A stretch of DNA of 64,000 nt from Paramoeba atlantica (Eukaryota; Protista; Discosea), in contig CDRNVI010000199.1 in assembly GCA_977017575.1 (NCBI GenBank), forward strand, positions 1 to 64,000, given 5' to 3'. This document shows, one piece after another, positions 12,801-25,000 of this stretch. The number at the start of each line of letters is the position of its first letter. Position 1 is the first letter of the stretch. The notes beneath the pieces are model-generated. The model saw only the letters and a program-made list of their open reading frames with translations. It was not told the origin of the DNA and made no database searches. The translations under genes and the position numbers were made by a program.

Positions 12801-15800
12801 GTCAGCAATCAATTTGTTGAGAGAATCCTTGTTATATGGTCTTTCTGTACTGAAAAGGCTCTCCCAAAAGTCTTTAATTGCTTTTTTAACCACATTATCA
12901 TCATGAGAGATCACTCCATCTACAATTACACCTTTAACACAGGGAAAAGATTTACAACCAGGGTGCAAGGGGTGTTCATCCACAAAAATTCTGAGTTGTT
13001 GTTCAAAAACTACAATTCAATCCATCTCAGCTTTGATCATTTTAGGAATAGCTTTGATTCTCCATTTCTTATCATCTTGAGAGCCATTCCATCCTATTGC
13101 AGCTGTATGAAGGAGTTTGAGTTCCAACGAAGAGAATGAGTGTATAGCTGAAGTTTTCTTTAAAATCCTGGTCTTTGCAAGGTGTTTGATGATTGTCTGG
13201 AGTTTCCATAGTTCTTTGAAAAGGTGAGCTTTTTTCCCTTTATCTTTCCACAGAGGAATTAATTCCCACACCTTCTCTTTGAATTTAATAAGACAACTAA
13301 CAGGATCACCTTCCACATAGTCCCCAACTTCATTAATGAGGGCATTAATAAATTTAGAATCTTTAATGAGGTATTCAGGGATTCTCTTCTTGTTAGATTT
13401 CAACTTCCATTCTTTGATACTAGTTCCACCTATGATCATCGCATGGTCCTTAAAGCCTGAAGGGATCGCATTGACAAAAATTCTTTCACTAGGAGTGTTT
13501 GAGGGAATAAAGACATGATCAATACATCATCCTTGGAAATGGGTTGGTTCTGACCACCCTAGTTTTGATAAATTCCAAGATTCAGAGGATTCTACAAGCT
13601 CTTTAAAAAGGGGTTCATTAAGATCCTAGTTGAAGTTACCTCCCAGAACATTCAGTCCATCTTTGGAGAAGAACTTTCTGATTTGGTCTTACATAAAGGG
13701 AAGTTTCAGATCACAATGATGGTAAACATTCATTACAGCATATTCAGTATTGAAAATCTTGGTTCTCAGTCCAAACAAACCACTCTCAGAGCTTTCAATT
13801 GGGTATGGTTCTATATCATAAAGGCCTTCCATTCTTCTAACTCTAATGGCAAGGCCCTGCTTCTGTTTTGAGAAGGAGTTTTTGAACCACAAATATTTCC
13901 TCAAACAATTCTTGAGATGATCAAGATCTTTTTCAGATGTGACATGGGTTTCTTGGAGCAAAATAAACAGAGGACAGCAACTTGCAGCCATTTTACAGTA
14001 AAGGTTGAGTTTTTCATCATTATGAACACCATTGATGTTTTATGATAAAATCCTCATGTCTGGAAATTTGTTATACTGATACAGGTTTGGAAGCAGAGGT
14101 GCAGGGAAGGGAGGAAGGAAAGAAGATGAAGGGGGTTGGGACCCCAAGACAGATGCTTGAGGGGTTGGAGAGGCAAGGTTTGTTTTTTGATGAAGATCAA
14201 TAACAGAAGAGTCAGAGAAAGCACAAGGGTCCTTCAGTGGTGGAAAGAAAGATTTTAAATTGTTGTTGTTTTTCTTTCCTTTCATTCTTTCCTTTATGAG
14301 GGGGAGGAAGAAGAGGAGGATGAAACATTGCTTGACTCAGGAAATTGAGCACTATCTATTGTCAACACTGTCTCACCCCATTCTATTTGATGCAAATCTC
14401 CAAAAACTGCAAAACCGTTTGAGGCAGGGATCTCCAAAAAAGGATAAGTCGCTTTTTCCTTTCTGGGGACACCAGTGGGGACACTCTTATCACAGTCATT
14501 TTCCTTTGTTTTTTCCTCTTCATCTTTCTCTTCTTCTATCTCCTCTTTCCCTTTCTTCTCTTCCCTACTTTTCTTTTTCTTCTTCTTTGCTGGCTTCTTG
14601 ATTACAGGTAATGGTTTGGTCCCAGTAGAAGTTGGTTCCTTCTCTTCAATTGTCTCTTCTAACACTACCCTCTTCTTCAGTCTGGATTTTGGCTTTAATT
14701 TCAGTTCCTCAACCACCTGATCAATAATGTGGCCAAGAAAGTCTGCATCAAAACTCGATTCCCATTTAAGCTATCCTTTTTCCAACTTGCTCTTCAACTT
14801 CCCAAGGCTATCTTCAGTCCTCTCCCACTCACACTGGAAATTCACCCCATCTAATATTTTTCAAGCCCCTTCAGTGTTATGAATAGTCATTGACCATTTG
14901 CTCCCAGAAATTGGATCAGATGAGAATTGAGGTCTGTTCACATCTGGGGAAATCTCATCCTCATCCTGAATTAAAATAACCCCCCTTTCAGTGTCAGTTT
15001 CAGCAACAATGTCTTCAAGGAAATCCATCATATCTTTTTGAGGGATTGTTGGGGTTTCTGATGTACTGCCTGAGTGAGATGATGTGGCTGGAGTTTGGGA
15101 GGGTGATTCCTTACAAGGCTTAGTAGTCTTAAGCAAATATTTGGGTTGGTTACTTCTTGAAGGGGCTGATTTTTCCTTGGAGAAACTTTCTCAAAGAGCA
15201 GTTTCCCTCATGTTTGTGCTTTGATCAATCTCCATCAAGGTTGTAGATGAGAGACAAGGGTCAGCAGACTTCATTGGGAGTGGTGCCCTCTGATTGGGAT
15301 TTGGTAATATGGGAAATTGGGACAGAGAGAGATTTGTGCCTTGGTTCCCTTGATTTGTCAAGGACTCTGTAGGAATAATAAATCTTTTATGTGATTGTTC
15401 CCTCAATTTTGTGATTGTCACAGGACAGGAAGGAAATTTCCTCCAAGAGTCTGTCTCATTATTTAACTTTTTGATGATTCCTCCCTCTCCCTCCTTGTCC
15501 ACAATCTCCTTCGCACATTTTAAATGTCTTGAGTGTGAAATCTCACACACTTGACAATTTACTTTCTCATGAAAAGGACTCATAGGGGTTCACAGAGAGA
15601 TCCTACCTTGAAACTCATTGTTAATAATAAAAGAACCTCTGTGCTTAGCAATAATACATGTCAGAATAAGAGGGATTACATCATAGAAGATGACAATACA
15701 ATCATCGCTGATCTGAGCCACCTCTCTTAATCTATGGTGAGGAAGAGCAGATTCACCAATAAACAATCTTTGGATCCACTCTTCCCCTTTGATTAAAAAG

Positions 15801-16423
15801 GGGACACAGAGTTTAAAGCCCCATAAATTCCAATCTTGGTTGTTCTTCCAGATAAAGGGCTTCCCAAAACCAGTTGCAAGGAAGGAACCATTTTTCAGAA
15901 TGACTTTCTCCAGGGGTTTGTGCATTTTTTTGTCAAAGGTGACCACGTTGAGGTGGCCTTTCATAACACACAAGAGGAAGTTCCCTCTCAGCTTAGGGAC
16001 TTTGTTGAGTGTGGCCATTGCTCTCTGATAGTTTGGCATTCCTTCATAGAAACAAAAGGAACCCATTACAAAGATGGGATGGATTATTGCATTGTTCTTC
16101 ATAAAGTTAACCTCAGTTCCAATATGGGACAAGGTTTTCAGTATTTCTTTCTTGACTTGCAACCACCATCCTTCCTCAGGCGCTCTCTTCGAGGTTGATT
16201 TGATTGGAATTTCTTCAGAATTCCCACTTGGGTTTGTGTTTTTTTGTTCATTCTTCAAATACAAGGGGGAGTGGGACCCATTCTGGGAGCCTTTAGAGGA
16301 AGAGGACTTACTCTTTCCACTGAACATAACAAATTTCTCTGAAGTGCTCAACTAGGCAGGGTTTCACCAACACAGCAGGTGAAGGAAAGAAAATCAGATT
16401 GGGCAAGGAAAGTCTCCTTGAAC
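9848..16423 (-). mobile_element. LINE family A copy A2, nearly full length
   Basis: ORF1 about 16351-14294 and ORF2 14285-10014, both with many stops. Poly(A) tail appears as a T-run at 9848-9859. No TSD found. Confidence 0.95.
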
Positions 16424-17900
16424 AAGACAATCAAAACAAAGAATATAAAACCATAAGATAATATTCAAGCTTGGAAATATTAATTTCATAATTTGAATAA
16501 TTTGCTTTCCTATTCTCATCATTTCATCTAAAAGGTGTTGAATCTTACTTGGTTCCAAATCTTCCCCCTCATCATTAGTGAATTTCAAACATTCCCAAAA
16601 AGAGCTTATAAATTTAATTCACTGACAAATAAATGAAAAAGCTTGTAACTTCAAATCAAATAAGGGTGGCAACTGGTGGTGAGGAAAACAGGAATAAATT
16701 GCTTCAATAACCAACTTGTGATAATTTTGCAATAGCCTTGTTGCTTGCTCTCCAATCAACCGAAATTTCAGCTTCTTTCCTTCCTCAATCTCAAGAAAGA
16801 GAGCAATCCAAAAACTCTTTTCATTTGCTCCACCATCTCTTGTAACATCTTTTTCCCAAATTCCTGATTGGAATTTGCAAACTCAACAATAGTAAGAAAT
16901 AAGGCCAAAGTTGCAGAGCACTTGCTATGAAGAGGACCATCTAGAGTAAAATGCTCACAAATTGCTAACAAAGGGGCTCCTTTTTTGCTATAATTCTCTT
17001 CCCAAATAAACTGTTGAAGGATTGTATCTCTTGCATTTTCATCTATCAACTTATCTGAAATGATTTCTTGCCATTTCACTTGAACTTTTTCCCCCATTTC
17101 TTTCATTTTTGCCAATGTTCACCTTTGTAACTTGTCTTGAGGAATATCAGCATTGTCACAAGTCACATCAAGCTAATAAATAGAGAAATAAGTTGCAGAA
17201 CAACCTTGATGACCAGCCACTTTACTTTGGTAAGAAAAGTCACCAATTGAAAGAAAATGGCCATGATACAGATTTGTTTTGGTATTATTGATTTCACATA
17301 GAATTGAAACATCATTCTTTTCCACTGCTGCAATTCCAGGGTTTAAAACATTCTCACAAAGCCATTTGCTCACTTCATCATCTTCTTTGAAATTCCCACC
17401 ACAAATCCAAGGCATCAATGTTGGTGAACTTCCAACTTCAACAAAGTTCACAAATTGCAAATATGTATTTATCATATCTATTTGAAAAATAGATTTTCAA
17501 TTAAATCTTGTTTTGTTTCTTTTCCTCTATACTCCTCCTCAAAAAAAAAAGAAAATAATTTTTCTACTTACTTGTTTACTTTCCAGAGCACCATCAGTGA
17601 ACATATTCACTAAAATTTGATTTGTCTTCTTAAAAAAGGTGAGAAATTGTTGAACTTTTGAACATTGGAGCATTGCTTTCAGTCTTTTCTCAACAACTTC
17701 TTCCAACTTTTGATAACCACCTTTAACCCCATACTCAGAAGGGAGTTCATGAAACCTATATGTTTATCTTTTGAGCAAATTGTTTTCATTGAGAAGAAGA
17801 AAAGAAGCTTATAACAAAAAAAAAAAATTCTTATTTTACTTCAAGCTCCAATGCAAACAACATTTTCTCCCCAAAATCCATTGTAGACTTCAGAGCAGAA
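16424..17900 (-). pseudogene. Intron-containing DDE transposase pseudogene of RAG1/Transib-like type
   Basis: Motif order VNMFTDG (D1), intron about 17478-17579, LSIGDFSYQSKVAGHQGCSATYFS (D2 plus the G..S.Y segment), LDGPLH, then IILWFYILCF (eroded Y.H...H). The catalytic E would lie beyond the truncation. Confidence 0.55.
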
Positions 17901-18981
17901 AGTTTTGGAAATGGAATTTCAAACTCTGGTGTTTTCAACTGAATTAGCTTCTCAGACAAAGAATCTAAGCTTCACTGAAATATCAATCATATAATTTGGA
18001 TTTTTTGGTAACCTATATCATTCATTATTATGCTTACAAACTGTGCTTGTTTCAAATTGTCAGATTTCTCAAGGTTTTGAAAGTCTATTTATTAAATTTT
18101 TAAGAAATCAGAATCCTTTAAAAACACACATACAAAAAAAAAAATTAACCTTTTCAAACAGCTTTCTTTACAACTTGCTTTCCAACAGGCAGACAAATGA
18201 CTTTTTCAATCAGTCTTTTTTGAAACCTTGGATTTGAACTTTTCAAAAGTTCTGAGAATACTTTTTCAAAAGGTTTATCCTCTTTAATCTTCGTTTCTTC
18301 ATCATCTTCATTACAAAGAACCTTTGAAAAGATAAACCACTTTAAACTTTGTAATTTCTTCTGTTTTGCTCTTGATTTGAGATGAAAAAAAGCTCTCCTT
18401 TGCCTTTACTGTTGTTTTTCACAAATAGCAGAAGTGTTGATGATTGGAAGTTGTTCTATTTTTGTTTGTAAGAAAAATTGAAAAATTGTCATTTTAAAAG
18501 AAAGTTAAACCAGGTTGGTTTGGTTCTTTTGACTTTTTTGATTTTTTTGATCTTTTTCCAAAAATCTTTCTGGTGAGTCTGCGAGATTTGAGTGTGTTCA
18601 TTTTCAAAAAATTGCCCAATCTATTTGTTCTTAGACTTTAGAATATGGAGAAAAAAGTAAAACCAAAATAGAAAAGGATATCTTCTCTTTCAAAGAGAGA
18701 TATTGGCAGTTTGACCAACACTTTTTTAACACTTTTCAACATTTCTCTCATAAAAGTTGTTTTTTTGGTTCTTTAAAAATACATTGTTTTAAAGAACATC
18801 AAAAAACAAATCAAAATCAAAAAAACAAACCTTGAAAAGACTTTAAACAAAGATCAAAAAAGTGGACAGCAGAAGTGAAGAGAAGCACAAAAGAAAAACA
18901 CAAGAAAACACAAGAACACAAACCCTGTCCAAAATAGGGACTCAAAAAAAGTGCACAATTTTTGAAAAATCAAATGCAGTG
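16424..18981 (-). mobile_element. DNA transposon family F, transposase-bearing relic (RAG1/Transib/Chapaev-like)
   Basis: Terminus on the minus strand is CACTGCATTTGATTTTTCAAAAA at 18981. 17855-18981 aligns with 56730-57819 and, inverted, with 30055-31050. The 3' part is cut off by LINE A2. Confidence 0.65.
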
Positions 18982-19480
18982 AAAAAGTTGAGGATAAATT
19001 CCCTTGGAAGGAGCTTTGGATTATAGTATGGAGTGGTGCATTTCTACTACTAATACAAACAGAACAAGGAAACAAATTGGTTTAAATCTCCTAAATTTAC
19101 TATGATATCTACAACTTCTGCTCAAAGCACAACAAAAGCAATACAAACCAAATTCATGATGAAACACAAATTTGGGCAAAACAAAATGCTCCCTAATTGG
19201 GAAAACGCAGAGGAAACAACAAAACTACATCAAATTGAGAAGCATCTTCAAGAGTCAAAACACTCTTACAACCTGACAATTATTCTCTCTTCTGATGTGC
19301 ATCCTCCAGCCTGAACTTGCAGAAGTTCTAAAGTTCAGCATAAAGACCAACTGAACTAAGCTGAAGTTTAAAACTTCACCTCTCATTAGAGGTTAAAAAC
19401 AAACATAATTTAATGTAATTCAAATGGCTTAGATTAAAAACTACTAATTGAATAAAGTTTGTCTTAAAAAGAAAAAAAAA
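18982..19480 (+). mobile_element. tRNA-derived SINE, 3' part, interrupted by a solo LTR
   Basis: 18982-19024 and 19279-19480 align with the SINE body at 28600-28844 and end in AATAAA plus an A-tail. Confidence 0.8.
19025..19278 (-). mobile_element. Solo LTR, 254 bp
   Basis: 5-bp TSD ATTAT at 19020-19024 and 19279-19283. Minus-strand ends TGTCAGG...CCATACT. Second copy at 29051-29271. Confidence 0.7.
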
Positions 19481-21700
19481 ATCAACTTATTGATGTACTT
19501 GTAACCACCATTAGAGTTAAACAAGTAAGACATCATCTTGATCCACATATCATAGTTTGTCTCAGTTAACTTTAGTACTTTCACAACTGTTTTGTTCATT
19601 ATGATACTACAGTGGTAGAGACACTAAACTCTTAATCTAACAAATGGAAAAATGGTGCAGAGATGAAACTGAGAAATAAACTCAGAAATTAAATCAGAGA
19701 AAAACAAAAGTGAAAGCTTTATTTTGACTTTGATACTTAGCACTAACTATTCACAAAATGCAGAGGGCAAAGGACTAAGTCACCAAGTTCACCAAAAGAA
19801 AGAATGGAAGTTTGGGAACTGAATCAGCAATTTGTCAAAAGGGAGAAATGGATCAAAAGAGTGACATCATCATTAAAACAAAAAGACCACAAGCAAGCTT
19901 TAAGCTATTGCCAATTAACAATCAATCTTCTCTTTCTTCCACTGGGTTTCATTTACAGAAACTTTCTCTTCTTCACATCAAATATGATTATCCCTAAAGG
20001 AACTTATTTTTCAAAAGAGAAAAACTAAATAAACACCTTCAACTGAGACTTTTAATTCCTTAGCATCATTTCAATTGAGTACAATTCAATTTCTGTCCAA
20101 TATAACATTCCCCCAGATTTTAATTCTCACTTGATAAGTAAGAATATACCTGTAAACCCATTTAAGTTTCATTAAATTAAATAATTTACCTTCAATTTCC
20201 ATTATGTTAGTTTTACCTATTTTAACTTCACCCTTCAAACCTTTCCATAATTTATAGTTACAATACAAAATTATCATTGCTGGGTTAAAAATTATTCAAA
20301 CATTTAGAGATTTTTCTTGACCCCAGGTCACAGAAGTATAAACTTTCATATTATCAGATAGAGGACAAATAGAAATATTACCATTAAATTTCGCAGAAGT
20401 GAGTTCAGCCTTGCTCAAGAACAAATCATAGTTAGATTTTTCTTTTAAATAATTTAATGAATCTACTGGAGAGTTTTCACCCTCAAATCAATCATTGACT
20501 TCTTTTCAGGACAATCTCTCATCATATGTTCAGTTTTTTGATAGTTAAAACATTTTCCTTCTTATAATAAAGTTTGTTTCTCATAAGGCACTCTTTTCTC
20601 AGATGGAACTCTCTTGGATGAAATTTTCTCAAATGGACTCTTCAATCTTTGAGATGAACAATTACTTTGAATATGATCATGTTTTCCACAATAATAACAC
20701 TTCTTCAAACCTCCAGATCCAAAACCCACATTAACAAAACTGTAAAACAATTCTGTTTAAAAGCCATATTCTTCTAAAGAACACTAAAATGTTTCATTAA
20801 GTTAAAATTTTCAAACTTACTTTCAAAAACATTATAATATTTTAGAAGCAAAGCATGATACAAAATACTTTTCATATCAGCTGAATCAAAATCTATATTC
20901 AATATCTCTAAATATATCTCAAGCCAATTTATAAATAGTTTGATCCTCTTAGAAGGCTTCTGTTTCAAGAGCAGCTACACAAATTTTTTCTCACCACTCA
21001 GCACTAAAATTATCTTAAAATAAAAATGTAATAATATTTGAAATATTTATAGTAAAGTAATCTATTCTCTGAAGACTTAACTTTGAATCTCCAGAAATTG
21101 CTTTAAACAAGCAATGATGCCAAAAACTCTTATTTTTAACATTATTTCTCATTTTCCAGTAGAAATCATTTTGAAAAAACAAAATTTTTTCAACATCATC
21201 ACACAATGTATTTAACTTTAAAAAACTTTTCACAGTCTTAAGAGTTCAACTACAATCCTCCATCTCTTGTGTCATCTGAGATAAAGTTCTTTTCACTTCT
21301 TGCTCATCAACCTGAAGATAACTCCTCTCCCTGCTTGTGTTCCAAGCAGAAACTGATCATATGACCACATCTCTATCATATAGAGCTGTCAAATTGCTTA
21401 TCTACCAGCCTATCTACACCACTATTTTCTAAACAAAGTCTCCTAATGCTCACATTAGATAGAAAATTCATTCAACAATAATTATCTTCTGTTTTCTTCT
21501 AAAAACAAAAAATCCAATAACACAAATTCAAGGAGAATAATAGAAAGAACATTACCCAGAGAAGAATATAATCAAAATCTTTTTTTCTCACATTTTCCCA
21601 CATCCTTACAAAAAGACCCAACCAAAACATTCCCTTTTGAAGATAGGGCAACATAGAAAAATTATCACTTGTGGCTAATGTACAACTGAAAATAAATGGA
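19481..21700 (-). mobile_element. Highly eroded Gypsy relic (gag knuckle, protease, start of RT)
   Basis: CYYCGKHDHIQSNC knuckle at about 20670-20710. ISICPLSDNMKVYTSVTWGQEKSLNV is homologous to GPISPPPDSMKLYVLITWGDSKSLDI of the Gypsy at 23950. VDQDDV matches VDPDDI near 19540. The upper boundary is approximate. Confidence 0.7.
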
Positions 21701-22059
21701 AAAAGAACCAAAACACAGAAATAAAGTGAACTTTCAAAAAAAAGTACAGATACATGGGGGTGAGTTCAAGCTGCACTTGCAATCATGGTGTTTTTTGAGG
21801 TTGAAGTAACTTCAAATATTCCTTTTGAGCCTTCAAAAAAAAAATGTAACATCATATCCATATGTTCATTTTTGTGGTCTCTCTTTTGATTTGTTTGTTT
21901 TTTGGTTGAATGAGGATGGTGAAGGTTGAAGAAATAGAACAAAAAAGAAAAGGAAAAATGAAAAAAAGTATGTATTTGTTATTTTTTTGATGATTGGATT
22001 GTTTGATTTGAAAGAAAAGGTTGTGTGTGTTGAAGTTAAAAATAATGATGTTGGGTTAG

Positions 22060-25000
22060 TGTTGGGTTGTCATAGTTGGTTTTGTTGACTTTGTTGTTTT
22101 GTTGGTGAGTGGAAACACTGAACTATTTTGTGTGTGTTTTCCGATTGTGAATAATTGTAAATTATTTGTTGCTCTTTTTTGTACAAAAGAGGTTTTGTTC
22201 TTTAGACCCATTTGTGGGTGAAAGAGTGTAAACTTTCTTTTGTTTTTTTTGGCTTTTGGAACACATTTGATAAAAGACATTGAACCAAGCTTGTTCTTTC
22301 TTTATTCTTTGTTTTTGTTCTCTGTTCTTGTCTCTATTTCCATACTATTCTGTAGAGGACTCAACTTTTTTTTGGTCTTTTCCTTGTGTGCATTGAATTT
22401 AATCAGTTGTAAATCCATTTTTTTTTAGAAAACTTTTTCTCTATGGAGTCAGCAAAGGAGGAGGCCCATGAGATGCCCCTTAGTTTGGAACAAGAGGATC
22501 AAGATGCAGAAAGTGAAATTGAATGGATGTCATCATCTGAGTTGTTGTTATCAGTCTTGTCAGGGTCACTGGAGTCTGAGGTTGTCCAGCGTTATGACAA
22601 ACTAAGAAAACTTGAACTCACATTAATGGATTAGGTGATTAATCTCAATCTAGATAAGGGTGAGTTTCATGAAGAGGCCATTGTGAGTTTGCAGAAGCAA
22701 ATTTCTATGATCCAAGTTATGTTGAAGCTCTTAAAACAAATGTTGGCTTGTGAGACAAAATTTGAGACATCAGAACCTGAGTACTCAGACATAAGAAGTT
22801 GAGTAGGACCTTCAGGTGTTCCAGGGAATTTGAGAATTCTTGGAAGAAGAATGATAAAGTTGGAAGAGAAGGAAGTCACTTCTTCAATTGAGTTGGAATC
22901 AGATTATCATGTGATGAAGAGGGAGCAGTCTGTGTCAGATTGTTCTTCCTCGAGTGGGAGTGATTCAAGGAGGCGAGCCAGAATACCAAGGGGAGTAGCT
23001 AATCCTTCAGTTGGTTTGTTTGAATCATCCACAGGCTCAGGAGATTGGTTAAAGAAACTTGACAATCTACCAAAATTAAAAACCCCAACAAAGGATGTTG
23101 TGAAAGTCCTTGAGTTTCAGTTTTCGTTTAAGATTTTGATGAAAGCTGAAGGTTTGCAAGAGGGAGTGCAGAAGAAGTATCTCTTGTGGGCAGTATCTGG
23201 AACAATGAAGTCTGATTTTGTACAGTCAGATACCTTGGATTGGACAGTGAACCAGATGTTTAAGTTTTTGAAAAAATCGAATTTGGGAGCCAACTTCAGT
23301 CAGAAGGTGGAAGAACTCTTGGGTTCGGTGGTTCAGGAGGAGTCAGAATGTATAAAGAAATTTGCAAAGTGACTCTCTTGGTTTCTGTTGGAGCTTTGGT
23401 TGGATTTGAATTCAAAAGAAGCAAAATTAAAGCTCTGAGAGAATTCTTGCACAGAATATAAATTACTTTGGGTGAGGAATTTTGGTCAAGCATTTGAGCA
23501 TGACCAGGAGGTTCATTGAAGAGTTTTAGTGGACCATGCCTTTGAGGTTGAAGACACAGACCAGTTTGTTTTGTTGAAGGAGGATGCAAAGATGCTAAAG
23601 AAAAAGGCAACTTGTGTGTTTTGTAAGAAAACTGGCCATTTGGAAAGTCAGTGTTACAAGAAGAAACCATCACCTTCATTGACGTCTTCAAACGAGAATG
23701 GGAACAAGAGTGCAAAGGAGAAAAAAATTTCTTGGAAAGAGATCAAAAGAAAAAATTTGTGTATCAAATGTTTGCAACCTGGTCACAAGAAGAAAGACTG
23801 TCCTGAATGCTCGACTCCCAAAGATGGTTGTTTTCTGCTACCAGAGGAAGGAGCCAGTGTTGATGCCAGTGCTTCATCTTCAATGGAAGAAGACAAGATG
23901 TATAAACAATTTTTGAGAGATGTTAATTCACCTCTCAGTGTGAGTGAGGAGAATGCTCTTGGCCCAATTTCACCACCTCCAGATTCGATGAAATTGTATG
24001 TTCTGATTACATGGGGTGATTCGAAATCACTGGATATTTAGACTATCTATGATTCAGCAGTTACGGTGACAATGGCTGATTCAAGATTATGGGATCAGTT
24101 GGAAGGTGAAGAAGGTCAAGGGAAGCATTGGTCTGGTGGCATTGGTGCTGCAGTACAGACACTTACTTGTTTTAAGATGGTTGCTGCATATACTTTGTTT
24201 TATGCAACTGTAGTTAAGGTTTGGAGAAATCCAGCCTTGACTGGTAATTGTTTGTTGATTCATCATGAAGATGCAAAGCAGTTGGGGGTGACTGTTCAAG
24301 GAATCGAAGTGGTCTTCCCAAGTATTGCTTGTCAAGTCCAAGTTGATGATCGGCAGTGGTTGGATAATGATGAGGATTAGAGTCAAGAGGAGCAATGGGA
24401 TGATGAGTCAGTCAAGTTGTTTATTCAAAGTATTGATGATGCTTTGAAGGAAAACCAGAGACTGTAGGAAAATTCTCATTGTGTGCTCCCAGGTTCTGAG
24501 TTTAAAATTTCTTTGAAAGAAGACACTCTGAAGTTTGTGCCACAGTATCCAATCCCTGAGAAATTGAAAAGAAAGGTTATGGAGTGAGTGAACAAGTGGG
24601 TGAAAAAAGGATTTGTTAAGAAGTGGGACAAGGATGAAAAGAACTTGTGGAATTCCCCTCTTTTAGCAGTCCCTAAGAAGTCTGGTGGTCAGGTGGATCC
24701 TGATGATATCAGAGTTTGTTTGGATTTGAGAGTGGTAAATGCTTTAACAAAGGATCCAAGTAATATTTTGCCATCTCCTGCAGAATTGTTTGAACGTGTT
24801 TGGGGTGCGAAATATTTTACCGAAATCGATCTCATGGAGGCTTATCATCATATTGTGGTGTCAGAAAAGAGTCAGCCATTGTTGGGTTTTCTGGCACCTG
24901 ATAAGAGTCAGTATGTGTATGTGAGGATGCCATTTGGGCTGAAAGGTGTGGTTATGCATTTTCAAGTCCAAGGAGAATGAGTTATTGGTGTTTCAGATGA

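Noticed and set aside
22367-22390. Gypsy PBS identity (TGGTCTTTTCC after a T-run)
   Set aside because: Too degenerate to assign a tRNA without the host tRNA set.
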